The notes beneath the pieces are model-generated. The model had not been told where the DNA came from and searched no databases. It saw nothing but the letters and a program-made list of their open reading frames with translations. 64,000 nucleotides of DNA from an uncultured bacterium (GTDB lineage: Bacteria; Acidobacteriota; HRBIN11; JAKEFK01): NCBI GenBank assembly GCA_963777505.1, contig CAVZQN010000006.1, positions 224,001 to 288,000 on the forward strand. The letters run 5' to 3'. Each line of letters starts with the position of its first letter. The stretch's first letter is position 1. The translations under genes were made by a program, and so were the position numbers. Positions 43,189-51,475 of this stretch are shown piece by piece.

Positions 43189-43204
43189 TGGCATAACGGT
43201 TGCT
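43189..43204 (+). promoter_or_regulatory. sigma54 (-24/-12) promoter of annexin gene
   Basis: TGGCATAACGGTTGCT, GG-N10-GC; RBS AGGAGG at about 43227. Confidence 0.7.
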
Positions 43205-43237
43205 ATCTCCATTCACGAAATCAAACAGGAGGAAACA

Positions 43238-44203
43238 ATGGTAGGAAGAGTATCAGGTGATCAGATTCGTCCAGTTCAATCTTCGGAAGTCGAAGAGATT
43301 CATCAAGAAGGTTTTGTAGAAGGGCAGGTAGTTCATCAGGATCTGGAACGGCCGTCTCGTTCTGATGGCGCAATGCGTAAAAGTGAAACCAATCTTGAAG
43401 GCCAATCGAAACAAGCAGAATTGGACAAACAACTACTGCAAGGCCGTGCTGATGCAATTTTCAAGGCATGTGAAGGTGTTGGAACAGATGAGAATACAGT
43501 TTTTCGAAGTCTGAGCGGATTAAGTCAAAAACAGCGGACTGAGTTAAACGAAATGTATCAACAAAAATTTGGAATGAGTTTGGAGGATCAACTGCGTAGT
43601 GAAATGAGTGGTCCGGAGCTTGATAAAGCTCTTGGTCTACTTCATGGAAATGGCGGGAGTCCGGTAAAGCCATCCATTGAAAGTCGCGCGGATTCAATTC
43701 ATAAGGCATGCGAAGGACTCGGTACGGATGAGCAAACTGTTTTTCGAAATCTTTCTGGAATGTCAGCAGACGAACGCCGGGAGCTGAATGAAGTTTACAA
43801 ACAAAAATTCGGAATGAGTCTTGAAGAACAATTAAAGAGCGAAATGAGCGGTCCGGAGTTACAAAGAGGTTTGGATTTATTAAATGGAAAAGGCCAATCT
43901 CAGGATTTGGAACGTTCTTCGAGCAAGAGTTCCGGTGCCGAAAATGTTAATGGATCCGCAAATGTTCAAGCAGGGCAAAACTTGAAAATGGGAAGCCGCG
44001 GTCCGGAAGTAGAGGAATTTCAAAAGCAGATGAACCAATGGAGAGCCTCAAAGGGATTACCTCCAATTGCTGTAGATGGAATTTTTGGAAAAGGAAGTGC
44101 CGAAGCAGTCAAGCAGTTTCAGCTTGCAACAGGACTCAGCTCTGACGGAATCGCTGGACCCAATACAAAATCGCAGCTGAATCGAGAGCTATCAATCATC
44201 TAA
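43238..44203 (+). CDS. Annexin-repeat protein with C-terminal peptidoglycan-binding domain
   Basis: Two repeats KACEG[V/L]GTDE...SLE.QL.SEMSG; C-terminus LKMGSRGPEV..Q...VDGIFG....AVKQFQ...GLSSDGIAGPNT. Confidence 0.85.
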   Translation: MVGRVSGDQIRPVQSSEVEEIHQEGFVEGQVVHQDLERPSRSDGAMRKSETNLEGQSKQAELDKQLLQGRADAIFKACEGVGTDENTVFRSLSGLSQKQRTELNEMYQQKFGMSLEDQLRSEMSGPELDKALGLLHGNGGSPVKPSIESRADSIHKACEGLGTDEQTVFRNLSGMSADERRELNEVYKQKFGMSLEEQLKSEMSGPELQRGLDLLNGKGQSQDLERSSSKSSGAENVNGSANVQAGQNLKMGSRGPEVEEFQKQMNQWRASKGLPPIAVDGIFGKGSAEAVKQFQLATGLSSDGIAGPNTKSQLNRELSII

Positions 44204-44231
44204 TTGCCTGATAATTTAACTACCTATGTGA

Positions 44232-44262
44232 AGGGCTGGCGCTATAAAAAGCGTGCAGCCCT
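44232..44262 (+). terminator. Hairpin after annexin gene
   Basis: AGGGCTGGCGCT-ATAAAA-AGCGTGCAGCCCT. Confidence 0.45.
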
Positions 44263-44308
44263 ATTTACAGTTACAAAAGTTTTTTCGTGATGTCGTACAA
44301 TTGGTGTC

Positions 44309-44875
44309 ATGGAATGGGAGGGTTGGCGCGATGATGCGCTCGAATGGTGCCAGGGGAAGCGCTGGGAATGGCGAGCACCGCTGCTAGCGTATTTGGGATA
44401 CGCAGGATTTCGTACTCTAACGAATCACGAATATAGCAGCTTGTTTTCAGGAATCAATTTCGGCATCCATGAACTTGGCCATGTTCTAATTTCATTCGCC
44501 GGGGAATTCTTAATGATGGCGGGTGGCAGCATCTTTCAAGTTGTTGTACCACTGGCGGCTGCATTGATTTTTCTCCGTCAGCGCGATTACTTTGGAATTG
44601 CAGTTGCCTTTTCCTGGTTCAGTTTAAGTTTATTTGAGCTCGCCCGATACATCGGAGATGCACGCGCCCAGCAGATTCCATTACTAGGCTTGACCTCTGA
44701 TCCACAACACGATTGGCACTATTTGCTTTCGAAATTAGGAATGCTTCAATCGGATCTGTTATTCGCGGGTCTCACTCGTCTTGTTGGAGTAATAATTTTG
44801 ATCGTTTCTCTACTTATGGGTGTGTGGCTTTGTTTGCAGATGAGTCAACTGGCTCGCTACGGAAAAAGAGCATGA
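44309..44875 (+). CDS. Membrane protein with HExxH motif (M50-like putative zinc peptidase)
   Basis: IHELGH, GGSIFQ, YIGDA, HDW within TM segments. Confidence 0.65.
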   Translation: MEWEGWRDDALEWCQGKRWEWRAPLLAYLGYAGFRTLTNHEYSSLFSGINFGIHELGHVLISFAGEFLMMAGGSIFQVVVPLAAALIFLRQRDYFGIAVAFSWFSLSLFELARYIGDARAQQIPLLGLTSDPQHDWHYLLSKLGMLQSDLLFAGLTRLVGVIILIVSLLMGVWLCLQMSQLARYGKRA

Positions 44876-46548
44876 TTTCAAAACTGAGAATACGTTGCGC
44901 AATTTTCATGATGTTTCTATCAACGATTGTGTTTGATTGTTTTGCCACTCAACTTCCTGGAGGCTTCCGCGAAGAACTACTTACGTATGGATTGAATCTT
45001 CCAACGACAGCAGAGTTTTCACCAGATGGACGTCTCTTCATTCTAGAAAAAAACGGCACGATTCGGATATTTAAAAATGGTGCTTTGCTTTCAAGGCCCT
45101 TTCTGAGAGTTCCTGCAAGCACACTCGGAGAGCAAGGCTTGCTTGGAATTGCTTTTCATCCGCAATTTCAAAGGAATGGCTATTTCTACCTTTATCGTAC
45201 GACGCGCGCAACTCCAGCTACGAATATAGTAGAGCGATATCAAGCATTTGGGGATCGGGCATCTTTTGAGAGCAGAGTCCCAATCATTCAAGGCATTCGT
45301 GCTGATGGACTGAACCATAATGGGGGATGTGTAAGGTTTGGTCCCGACGGAAAACTGTATGTCTCAACAGGGGATTCAACGCAGGGGCATCTTTCTCAAT
45401 TGCTCACCAGTTTGAATGCGAAGATTTTGCGCGTTAATCCCGATGGAACCATTCCAGCAGACAATCCTTTTGCAAATCGAACCGATGCCCGCCCTGAAAT
45501 TTTTTGTTATGGCCTTCGCAATCCATGGAGATTTGTATTTCATCCGATTTCGAAGTTGATGGTCATCGGCGATGTCGGTGATGCGCGGTTTGAAGAAATC
45601 AACATTGGAATTCCCGGCGCCAATTATGGATGGCCGACAGCCGAGGGTCCTTCAAATGACCCTAATTTCATCAATCCTTCGTACTCATATGATCACTCCG
45701 AAGGTGGAGCCGCTGTAACACCAGGATTCTTTTATACCGGCAGAAAATTTCCAGGACGCTATTCAAACAAGTTATTCTTTTCCGATTTTGCGCGAAACTT
45801 TATTAAGACAGTAAAGCTGGATCCGCTAGGAACGGCAGCTCCGATCGTTGAATTTTTTGCAACAGATGTTGATACTCCGGTTCATTTAACACAAGCGCCT
45901 GATGGTTCATTCATCTATGTAAGTATTTACACGGGTGAAATTCGGAGAGTTCGATTTGCGGGTGGAACGAACAGACAACCTTCTGCAAAAGCTGGCGTCT
46001 CAAAACGGGCAGGCCCTGTTCCACTTACAGTTAAATTTCACTCGCGAGGTTCATCAGATCCTGATGGAGATCCATTAACATACTCATGGGATTTTGGAGA
46101 TGGCAGTTCATCCTCACTTCCGGAACCGCTTCATATATATAACAAGAAGGGCAACTTTTTTTCTGTTCTGACTGTGCGTGACAGTAAAGGCGCGACCAGT
46201 CAGGCGCGATCTTTAAAAATTGTTGCAGGAAATAATGCGCCTCTTGCAACCATTCTTGCGCCAACTGCCGGAAAGAAAGTTCGTTTCGGAGAGATTGTTC
46301 AATTGCGGGGAAGAGCGGTTGATTCTGAAGATGGTCCATTAACAGGTGAAAGTTTGATCTGGAATATTAAACTCTTGCATAACGAACATTCCCACCCTTA
46401 TGGAGCGCCTACCGGAAATCCACAATCGTTTGTTGTCCGATATCCGCAGAATGAAGAAGGCAATTTCGGATTCAGAATTCAACTTCGCGCAGTTGATTCT
46501 GGCGGCCTAAGCCAATCGGATTTCGTTGTGATTTCGATCGAACGATAA
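44872..46548 (+). CDS. PQQ-dependent sugar dehydrogenase (GSDH-like) with PKD domain
   Basis: EQGLLGIAFHP, HNGG..FGPDGKLY, YGLRNPWRF; PKD SSDPDGDPLTYSWDFGDG; ATGA overlap with the upstream gene. Confidence 0.88.
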   Translation: MISKLRIRCAIFMMFLSTIVFDCFATQLPGGFREELLTYGLNLPTTAEFSPDGRLFILEKNGTIRIFKNGALLSRPFLRVPASTLGEQGLLGIAFHPQFQRNGYFYLYRTTRATPATNIVERYQAFGDRASFESRVPIIQGIRADGLNHNGGCVRFGPDGKLYVSTGDSTQGHLSQLLTSLNAKILRVNPDGTIPADNPFANRTDARPEIFCYGLRNPWRFVFHPISKLMVIGDVGDARFEEINIGIPGANYGWPTAEGPSNDPNFINPSYSYDHSEGGAAVTPGFFYTGRKFPGRYSNKLFFSDFARNFIKTVKLDPLGTAAPIVEFFATDVDTPVHLTQAPDGSFIYVSIYTGEIRRVRFAGGTNRQPSAKAGVSKRAGPVPLTVKFHSRGSSDPDGDPLTYSWDFGDGSSSSLPEPLHIYNKKGNFFSVLTVRDSKGATSQARSLKIVAGNNAPLATILAPTAGKKVRFGEIVQLRGRAVDSEDGPLTGESLIWNIKLLHNEHSHPYGAPTGNPQSFVVRYPQNEEGNFGFRIQLRAVDSGGLSQSDFVVISIER

Positions 46549-46573
46549 AGTCGAACCGCAAAGACGCAAAGAG

Positions 46574-48826
46574 TCAAACAGTGGCTGCGGGTAAATCCAA
46601 TTCCGCCACGTTCTTGCGAAATTCAATGGCAGGAATTAACAAGGACGCAACCATGCCGCCTTCGGGCGCATTGTGAATCGTAAATTCGTGAGATGTACCA
46701 TACAACGAATCGAGAATTGCGCGGATCGTGGTTAATCCAACTCCTTGTCTAAGCTTATGCAGTTGCGGAAGGCCTGGTCCATTATCTCGAACTTCCATCA
46801 ATAAGCGGTCCTCATCGCGCTTGCAGACAATTTCAATCACGCCCGGACCATTCATTCGTGAAATTCCATGACGAATCGCATTTTCGACCACAGGCTGCCA
46901 AAGAAGATGAGGGACGAGGTTGTTCATAGTTTGCGGCTCAATACTCATTTTGACATGCAGTTTGTCCTGAAATCTCATGTGTTGAATTTCCAAATAACAC
47001 TTCATGTATTCCAGTTCATCTTTCAGCCTTGTTTCCTGGATCGACGTATTTTCCAGAGTTAGCTTCAAAAACTCCTTCAGTCGAAGAAGCATTTCTTCAG
47101 CCGTTTGAACATTTTCATGAAGAAGCTGAGAAATTGAATTCAGGGCATTAAACAAAAAATGTGGGTGCAGTTGCATTCGTAATACATCGATTTGAGCCTG
47201 GAATAACCCACTCTGCAACCGGATCGTATTGAGTTCTTCAGATTTATATTTCCGATAATGATCAATTGCCGCACCGGCTGCCACCATGATCCAGTAAACA
47301 AAAAAGCTAAATGCGAACCGTGACTGGGAAATATTTTGAAACAGGTATTCAAAGTAACCAACGTTAGAAGTGAAAAGCCAGAGTACAAATAGATGGATTG
47401 ATGAAATCGTAAACCAGATTGCTGTACTCAGTGCAAAATGACCTCCAAGAGATTGCAGCAACACTTTACGTTCTATTGGGAACCACCTGGCTGTTCGTAA
47501 AATCAATGGAGTGACTGCCGCCCAACAAATCCACGTGGTTGCTTGGATCATTTGAGTTGTCCAGCTTACGGGATTCGCAAGGTTGTGTGCTTCTCTACCT
47601 GCAAAATAAAATCCCATTAATGTCCAGAATGCGGGAATCCATACCCAGTTCCAAACCGAGTGAATCTTCTTTTTCTTTGGTTGCTCCTGCAATTCAAAAT
47701 ATTTGAAACAGCTTTCGATATCTTTTTCAGGTTGGCGCTGGGACTCTGGTTCAGCACAACGAACTGAAAATGTGAGCATGACGCACCCTGATTGAAAATC
47801 GGATGTTGCTCTCATGTCATAGAACTCTTGCAGGGTTGATCCAATTGTCTCAAAGACCCTGTTATATGCCTCTGGAGAAAGTGCGGAACTGTCAGGCTGA
47901 AAAGAAATTTCAAAATTCAATTTCTTATCTTCCTGTCTGGCTTGAATCTGAATCGATAGGTCTTGCAATGTTGGATTACTGGCTGAAGAAAAGCAGTCAA
48001 TAAAAATTTGCACTGGATGAAAAAGAACAAGAACCGGAACCATTTGATTGTTTAATGGAGAATCGGAGTGGACTTTGAGAGAGATGCTTCTGTTTTTCAG
48101 AATGTTTTCAAGTTCCAGGTATGTCTTAACAAACTCTAATTCCTGTTTTAATGGAACAAACAGAGTCCCTGAGTTTTCAAGGCTGAATCGAAGGAAATTT
48201 CCAAGCCGTGCTATGGCTCGTTCCGCTCTTAATGAATTTTCATGGATCAGTTTCACAATGAAATCAAGAGTTCCATATAAGAATTGCGGATTTAGTTGTT
48301 TCTTGATTTTGTCTAATTTGGTTTGTTTCAACAGCGATTCAAGCCGTGAAGACTTGAGTTCTTCATTCCCATATTTTTTTCTGTATTCAACTGCATGACA
48401 TAACACCAGAATGCCGACATAAATCAACATCCGCCACGAAATATAGTAGATGCAAAACCAATGTTCATTAAGAAGATCTTTCAACAGTGTGTTGGAGGAC
48501 TCAAATTTCCAGCTGATGGTCATTTGAGTAAGCAAATGCAAAATCGAAAATCCGAAAGAAAGTGGCAGGTGGATGGCTGCAAGCAGTTTCCATGAGATGG
48601 CTCCTGCAGGAAAGCGACGTGCCAGCTTTTGGATTGGAATTAAGAAGATCAACCACAAATACCAACCTGAAAGTTCCCAGGCGAACAATTTTGTCCATGG
48701 AAATGGATCAGTTTCGGATCCAAATCTTGAATAAGCTTGAAGCACAAAAATGACAGCAAGGACTGTTGCGATGATGAATGCTAGAGAAACACGTCTGATG
48801 TCCTGAGTCTTGAATCGGAGATGCAT
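46574..48826 (-). CDS. LytS/YehU-family sensor histidine kinase, internally duplicated
   Basis: Two TM + His_kinase units; C-terminal QLHPHFLFNALN, QPVVENAIRHG, DNGPG; N-terminal copy reads QLNPQFLYGTL. Confidence 0.85.
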   Translation of the reverse strand: MHLRFKTQDIRRVSLAFIIATVLAVIFVLQAYSRFGSETDPFPWTKLFAWELSGWYLWLIFLIPIQKLARRFPAGAISWKLLAAIHLPLSFGFSILHLLTQMTISWKFESSNTLLKDLLNEHWFCIYYISWRMLIYVGILVLCHAVEYRKKYGNEELKSSRLESLLKQTKLDKIKKQLNPQFLYGTLDFIVKLIHENSLRAERAIARLGNFLRFSLENSGTLFVPLKQELEFVKTYLELENILKNRSISLKVHSDSPLNNQMVPVLVLFHPVQIFIDCFSSASNPTLQDLSIQIQARQEDKKLNFEISFQPDSSALSPEAYNRVFETIGSTLQEFYDMRATSDFQSGCVMLTFSVRCAEPESQRQPEKDIESCFKYFELQEQPKKKKIHSVWNWVWIPAFWTLMGFYFAGREAHNLANPVSWTTQMIQATTWICWAAVTPLILRTARWFPIERKVLLQSLGGHFALSTAIWFTISSIHLFVLWLFTSNVGYFEYLFQNISQSRFAFSFFVYWIMVAAGAAIDHYRKYKSEELNTIRLQSGLFQAQIDVLRMQLHPHFLFNALNSISQLLHENVQTAEEMLLRLKEFLKLTLENTSIQETRLKDELEYMKCYLEIQHMRFQDKLHVKMSIEPQTMNNLVPHLLWQPVVENAIRHGISRMNGPGVIEIVCKRDEDRLLMEVRDNGPGLPQLHKLRQGVGLTTIRAILDSLYGTSHEFTIHNAPEGGMVASLLIPAIEFRKNVAELDLPAATV

Positions 48827-48971
48827 GGCAGGCCAATATCATACAAAAATATCTCGATAAAAATTTGGAAGAATACTCAAGCGGGACGATTTTGGCGTCA
48901 GAGGGAACTATTGCGACTCTGGACGGAACTCTTTAACGCAAAGTACGCCGAGTTGGATTTAAAAGAAACTA

Positions 48972-49000
48972 TTGACGCCTTCATCACACTTCACTATACT
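48972..49000 (+). promoter_or_regulatory. sigma70 promoter of Cys leader / sat-like operon
   Basis: TTGACG-N17-TATACT. Confidence 0.75.
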
Positions 49001-49009
49001 AAAGTGCGT

Positions 49010-49093
49010 ATGAAGCTTTCCAGACAATATCAGATTTGTAGGTGCTGCTTTTATTGCATCTGTACAAGCCTGGTAGCAGGGTCTGGAGGCTGA
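49010..49093 (+). CDS. Cysteine-rich leader peptide MKLSRQYQICRCCFYCICTSLVAGSGG
   Basis: 27 codons, 5 Cys within codons 10-18; ATG lies 10 nt after the -10 box; overlaps the antiterminator arm. Confidence 0.75.
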   Translation: MKLSRQYQICRCCFYCICTSLVAGSGG

Positions 49094-49197
49094 ACCGGCA
49101 GTCTTAACTAAAAAATCCTGACCCACTATCAGGCGATCCTGATGGTGGGTTTTTTATTTTAGCCCGCTATCGAAAATAAATCGGTAGCGGTTTTTTT
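49069..49197 (+). promoter_or_regulatory. Transcription attenuator: antiterminator plus two tandem intrinsic terminators
   Basis: T1 ACCCACTATCAGG-CGAT-CCTGATGGTGGGT + T-run; T2 CCGCTATCGA-N7-TCGGTAGCGG + T7; 49069-49087 is complementary to 49116-49133. Confidence 0.75.
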
Positions 49198-49209
49198 ATT
49201 GGAGGCACA

Positions 49210-50133
49210 ATGATCTCCCCGCATGGTGGAAACTTAGTCAATCGGATTCCCAATTCTACGGAAGTTGTTCGATGGCACGAATACGCAATATTTCAGCACA
49301 AAATTTTAATCGATGAATTTAGTGCAATGGAACTGGAATTGCTTGCAACCGGTGCATACAGTCCATTAACAGGCTTTATGCAGATTCAGGATTACAGAAG
49401 GGTTCTTCTTGAAGGCCGGTTGAGTTCAGGACTTCAGTGGACTCTTCCGGTGACGTTGTCTGTATCGCGAAGTGAAGCATCGAAGTTGAAGATCGGTGAA
49501 GACATAACGTTGCAGAATCAACAGGGCATCAATCTCGCTGTGATGCGAGTTGACGAAATTTTTCCTGCAGACAAACAGCTCGAAGTTGAAGCGCTATATA
49601 AAGGTGCAGGCCTGTCGCATCCTGGTGTTCTTCATGTTCATCAACAAGAAGAGATATTGCTTGCTGGTCCGATTATTTATCTTGGAACTCGCAAGCCGCA
49701 GGATCGATTTGCCGATTATTATCTCAGTCCTGCTGACACACGATCACATTTTCAGGAGCTTGGATGGAACAGAATTCTTGCATTCGAGCCGCGCAATCCC
49801 AGCATTCCCGGCAATCATTTGCTTTCAAACGCAGCAGATCATTATGATGGCGTGTTTCTTCATACATTGGCCGGCGATTTTTCCGGAAAAGACTTACCGG
49901 CAGATGTGAAAATCCGATGCAGTGAAATCCTTCTTCAAGAATATTATCCGCCACATAAGACTTTACTCGCTGTTTCGCCTTTGATTCTTAGAGGCGCTGG
50001 TTCGCGAGATGTTATTCATGAAGCAATCGTTAGAAAAAATTTTGGCGCAACTCACATGATTGCAGGCGGTGAACATTTGGATCTTGCTGAACAAACTGAA
50101 GTTGATTTCACGCGGCTCGTGGCAACAGCTTAA
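49210..50133 (+). CDS. sat: Sulfate adenylyltransferase homolog, degenerate and C-terminally short
   Basis: PHGGNLV, GAYSPLTGFM, WTLPVTL, HPGV, RKNFGATH are present, but QTRNPxHxxH reads EPRNPSIPGN and GRDH reads GGEH. Confidence 0.75.
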   Translation: MISPHGGNLVNRIPNSTEVVRWHEYAIFQHKILIDEFSAMELELLATGAYSPLTGFMQIQDYRRVLLEGRLSSGLQWTLPVTLSVSRSEASKLKIGEDITLQNQQGINLAVMRVDEIFPADKQLEVEALYKGAGLSHPGVLHVHQQEEILLAGPIIYLGTRKPQDRFADYYLSPADTRSHFQELGWNRILAFEPRNPSIPGNHLLSNAADHYDGVFLHTLAGDFSGKDLPADVKIRCSEILLQEYYPPHKTLLAVSPLILRGAGSRDVIHEAIVRKNFGATHMIAGGEHLDLAEQTEVDFTRLVATA

Positions 50134-50179
50134 CGAACTGAAATCTCATAATGGAATTAGAAGTCATTTCGTTAAAACT

Positions 50180-50250
50180 GCCGCTGTGACTGAGTGGTTA
50201 AGTAGCGGTCTGCAAAACCGCGTACGTCGGTTCAATTCCGGCCAGCGGTT
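50180..50250 (+). tRNA. tRNA-Cys (GCA)
   Basis: GCCGCTG...GCGGT-CTGCAAA-ACCGC...GTCGG-TTCAATT-CCGGC-CAGCGGT-T (U73). Confidence 0.9.
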
Positions 50251-50458
50251 CTTACATCTTAGCGACAACACCCGCGCGTCTCAGCTAGCGCATGCCGCTT
50301 GCATTCAGCTAAGATTTGTTTGTGGCAGGAAATACTCTAATCCGTAGAAGGCTGAGTGCTGGGCAAGTCGCTAGCAAGCGGCACGATTCGCGCGTTGCCG
50401 TTGAATTCCAGCTATAGGCCGCAATGATTGGCGAACACCATAGCCATATTTAGGAACT

Positions 50459-50992
50459 ATGAAAGCTGACGACCTCGAATTCAGATCGAGCCAGAGCCCG
50501 GTCGTGCGGATTTTCTTTTTCGTTTTCGGTCTTTTGCCGCTTTTAGCGCCTTATGAACTTCTCCTTAAACCCAAGTGGAACACGTTTTTCTCTCCGTTCT
50601 TTTTTCTTGCTTTGGTTATTTCGATTGGGGCGGTCGGTGTTACTGTTTTTTTTCTCTCAGCGGCGCTCTTGGGATTAAATAAAGTTGTTCGATTCAATGC
50701 GGCGCAGCGAGAGGTGGTCTATGGTTTCGGAGCGCCGCTTCTCAAGTGGCGAAGGAAACTCGTCCCTTTTGCTCAGATCGTCGATTTACGAGTTGAGACC
50801 CAAACCTGGGATAGTGGCCCAGATACCTATGACCTTAGTCTTGATACGGTGGACGGTCACTCAATCCGGTTTGGAAAATTCGTAACCAGGGATGATGCTG
50901 AGAAGACGCGGACAGCTATACGGACGATCTTGGGGACCGGAATGCCTGTTACGGACATTTTCGATGTTGGAGCTACAAAAGAATCGGATTAA
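50459..50992 (+). CDS. Hypothetical membrane protein (2 TM + soluble beta domain)
   Basis: RBS AGGA; two hydrophobic helices; 177 aa. Confidence 0.6.
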   Translation: MKADDLEFRSSQSPVVRIFFFVFGLLPLLAPYELLLKPKWNTFFSPFFFLALVISIGAVGVTVFFLSAALLGLNKVVRFNAAQREVVYGFGAPLLKWRRKLVPFAQIVDLRVETQTWDSGPDTYDLSLDTVDGHSIRFGKFVTRDDAEKTRTAIRTILGTGMPVTDIFDVGATKESD

Positions 50993-51001
50993 GAAGTGAG
51001 C

Positions 51002-51475
51002 TTAACGAGCCAACAAAGCGTTGATGAGATAAACGAAGAACAAGACGATTCCTAATACAACCAACCCAAAAAAACCGGCGACGACTGCAAGGAAAATCCA
51101 GTGTCGTATTGTGCTTTGTGCTGGTTGTTCTGCGTATTGACGAAACATTGTCATGTTCCGTGTATTTGCTTTAAAGATAAAATCGAAGACATCACCAACG
51201 AACGGAATCGCCCCGATTGTAATATCCAGAAGAGTATTCACAATCATTCGGAGAATGACTATCTTGGGCAGTTTGAATTGAAAGGCGCGAAATAAGAGCA
51301 TCAGACCCATCGCTCCGCTGATGATGTCGCCGGCTCCGGGAATCAGGCCGATTAATGCCTCGGCTCCAAAACGCCAATTCACACCTGGAATCTTAAAAGC
51401 ATTGTCGAGAAACCAGGCAATTTGGTCTAATTGGTTCTTGACCTTTTCTAATTCAAGGTCTTTTTGTTTGTTCAT
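51002..51475 (-). CDS. DUF4112 family membrane protein
   Basis: LDNAFKIPG...RFG...IGLIPGAGD; GAIPFVGDVFD..FKANTRN. Confidence 0.88.
   Translation of the reverse strand: MNKQKDLELEKVKNQLDQIAWFLDNAFKIPGVNWRFGAEALIGLIPGAGDIISGAMGLMLLFRAFQFKLPKIVILRMIVNTLLDITIGAIPFVGDVFDFIFKANTRNMTMFRQYAEQPAQSTIRHWIFLAVVAGFFGLVVLGIVLFFVYLINALLAR

Noticed and set aside
48821-49093. 90-aa ORF as a full protein
   Set aside because: It spans the promoter at 48972-49000; only the last 27 codons from ATG 49010 fit as a leader peptide.
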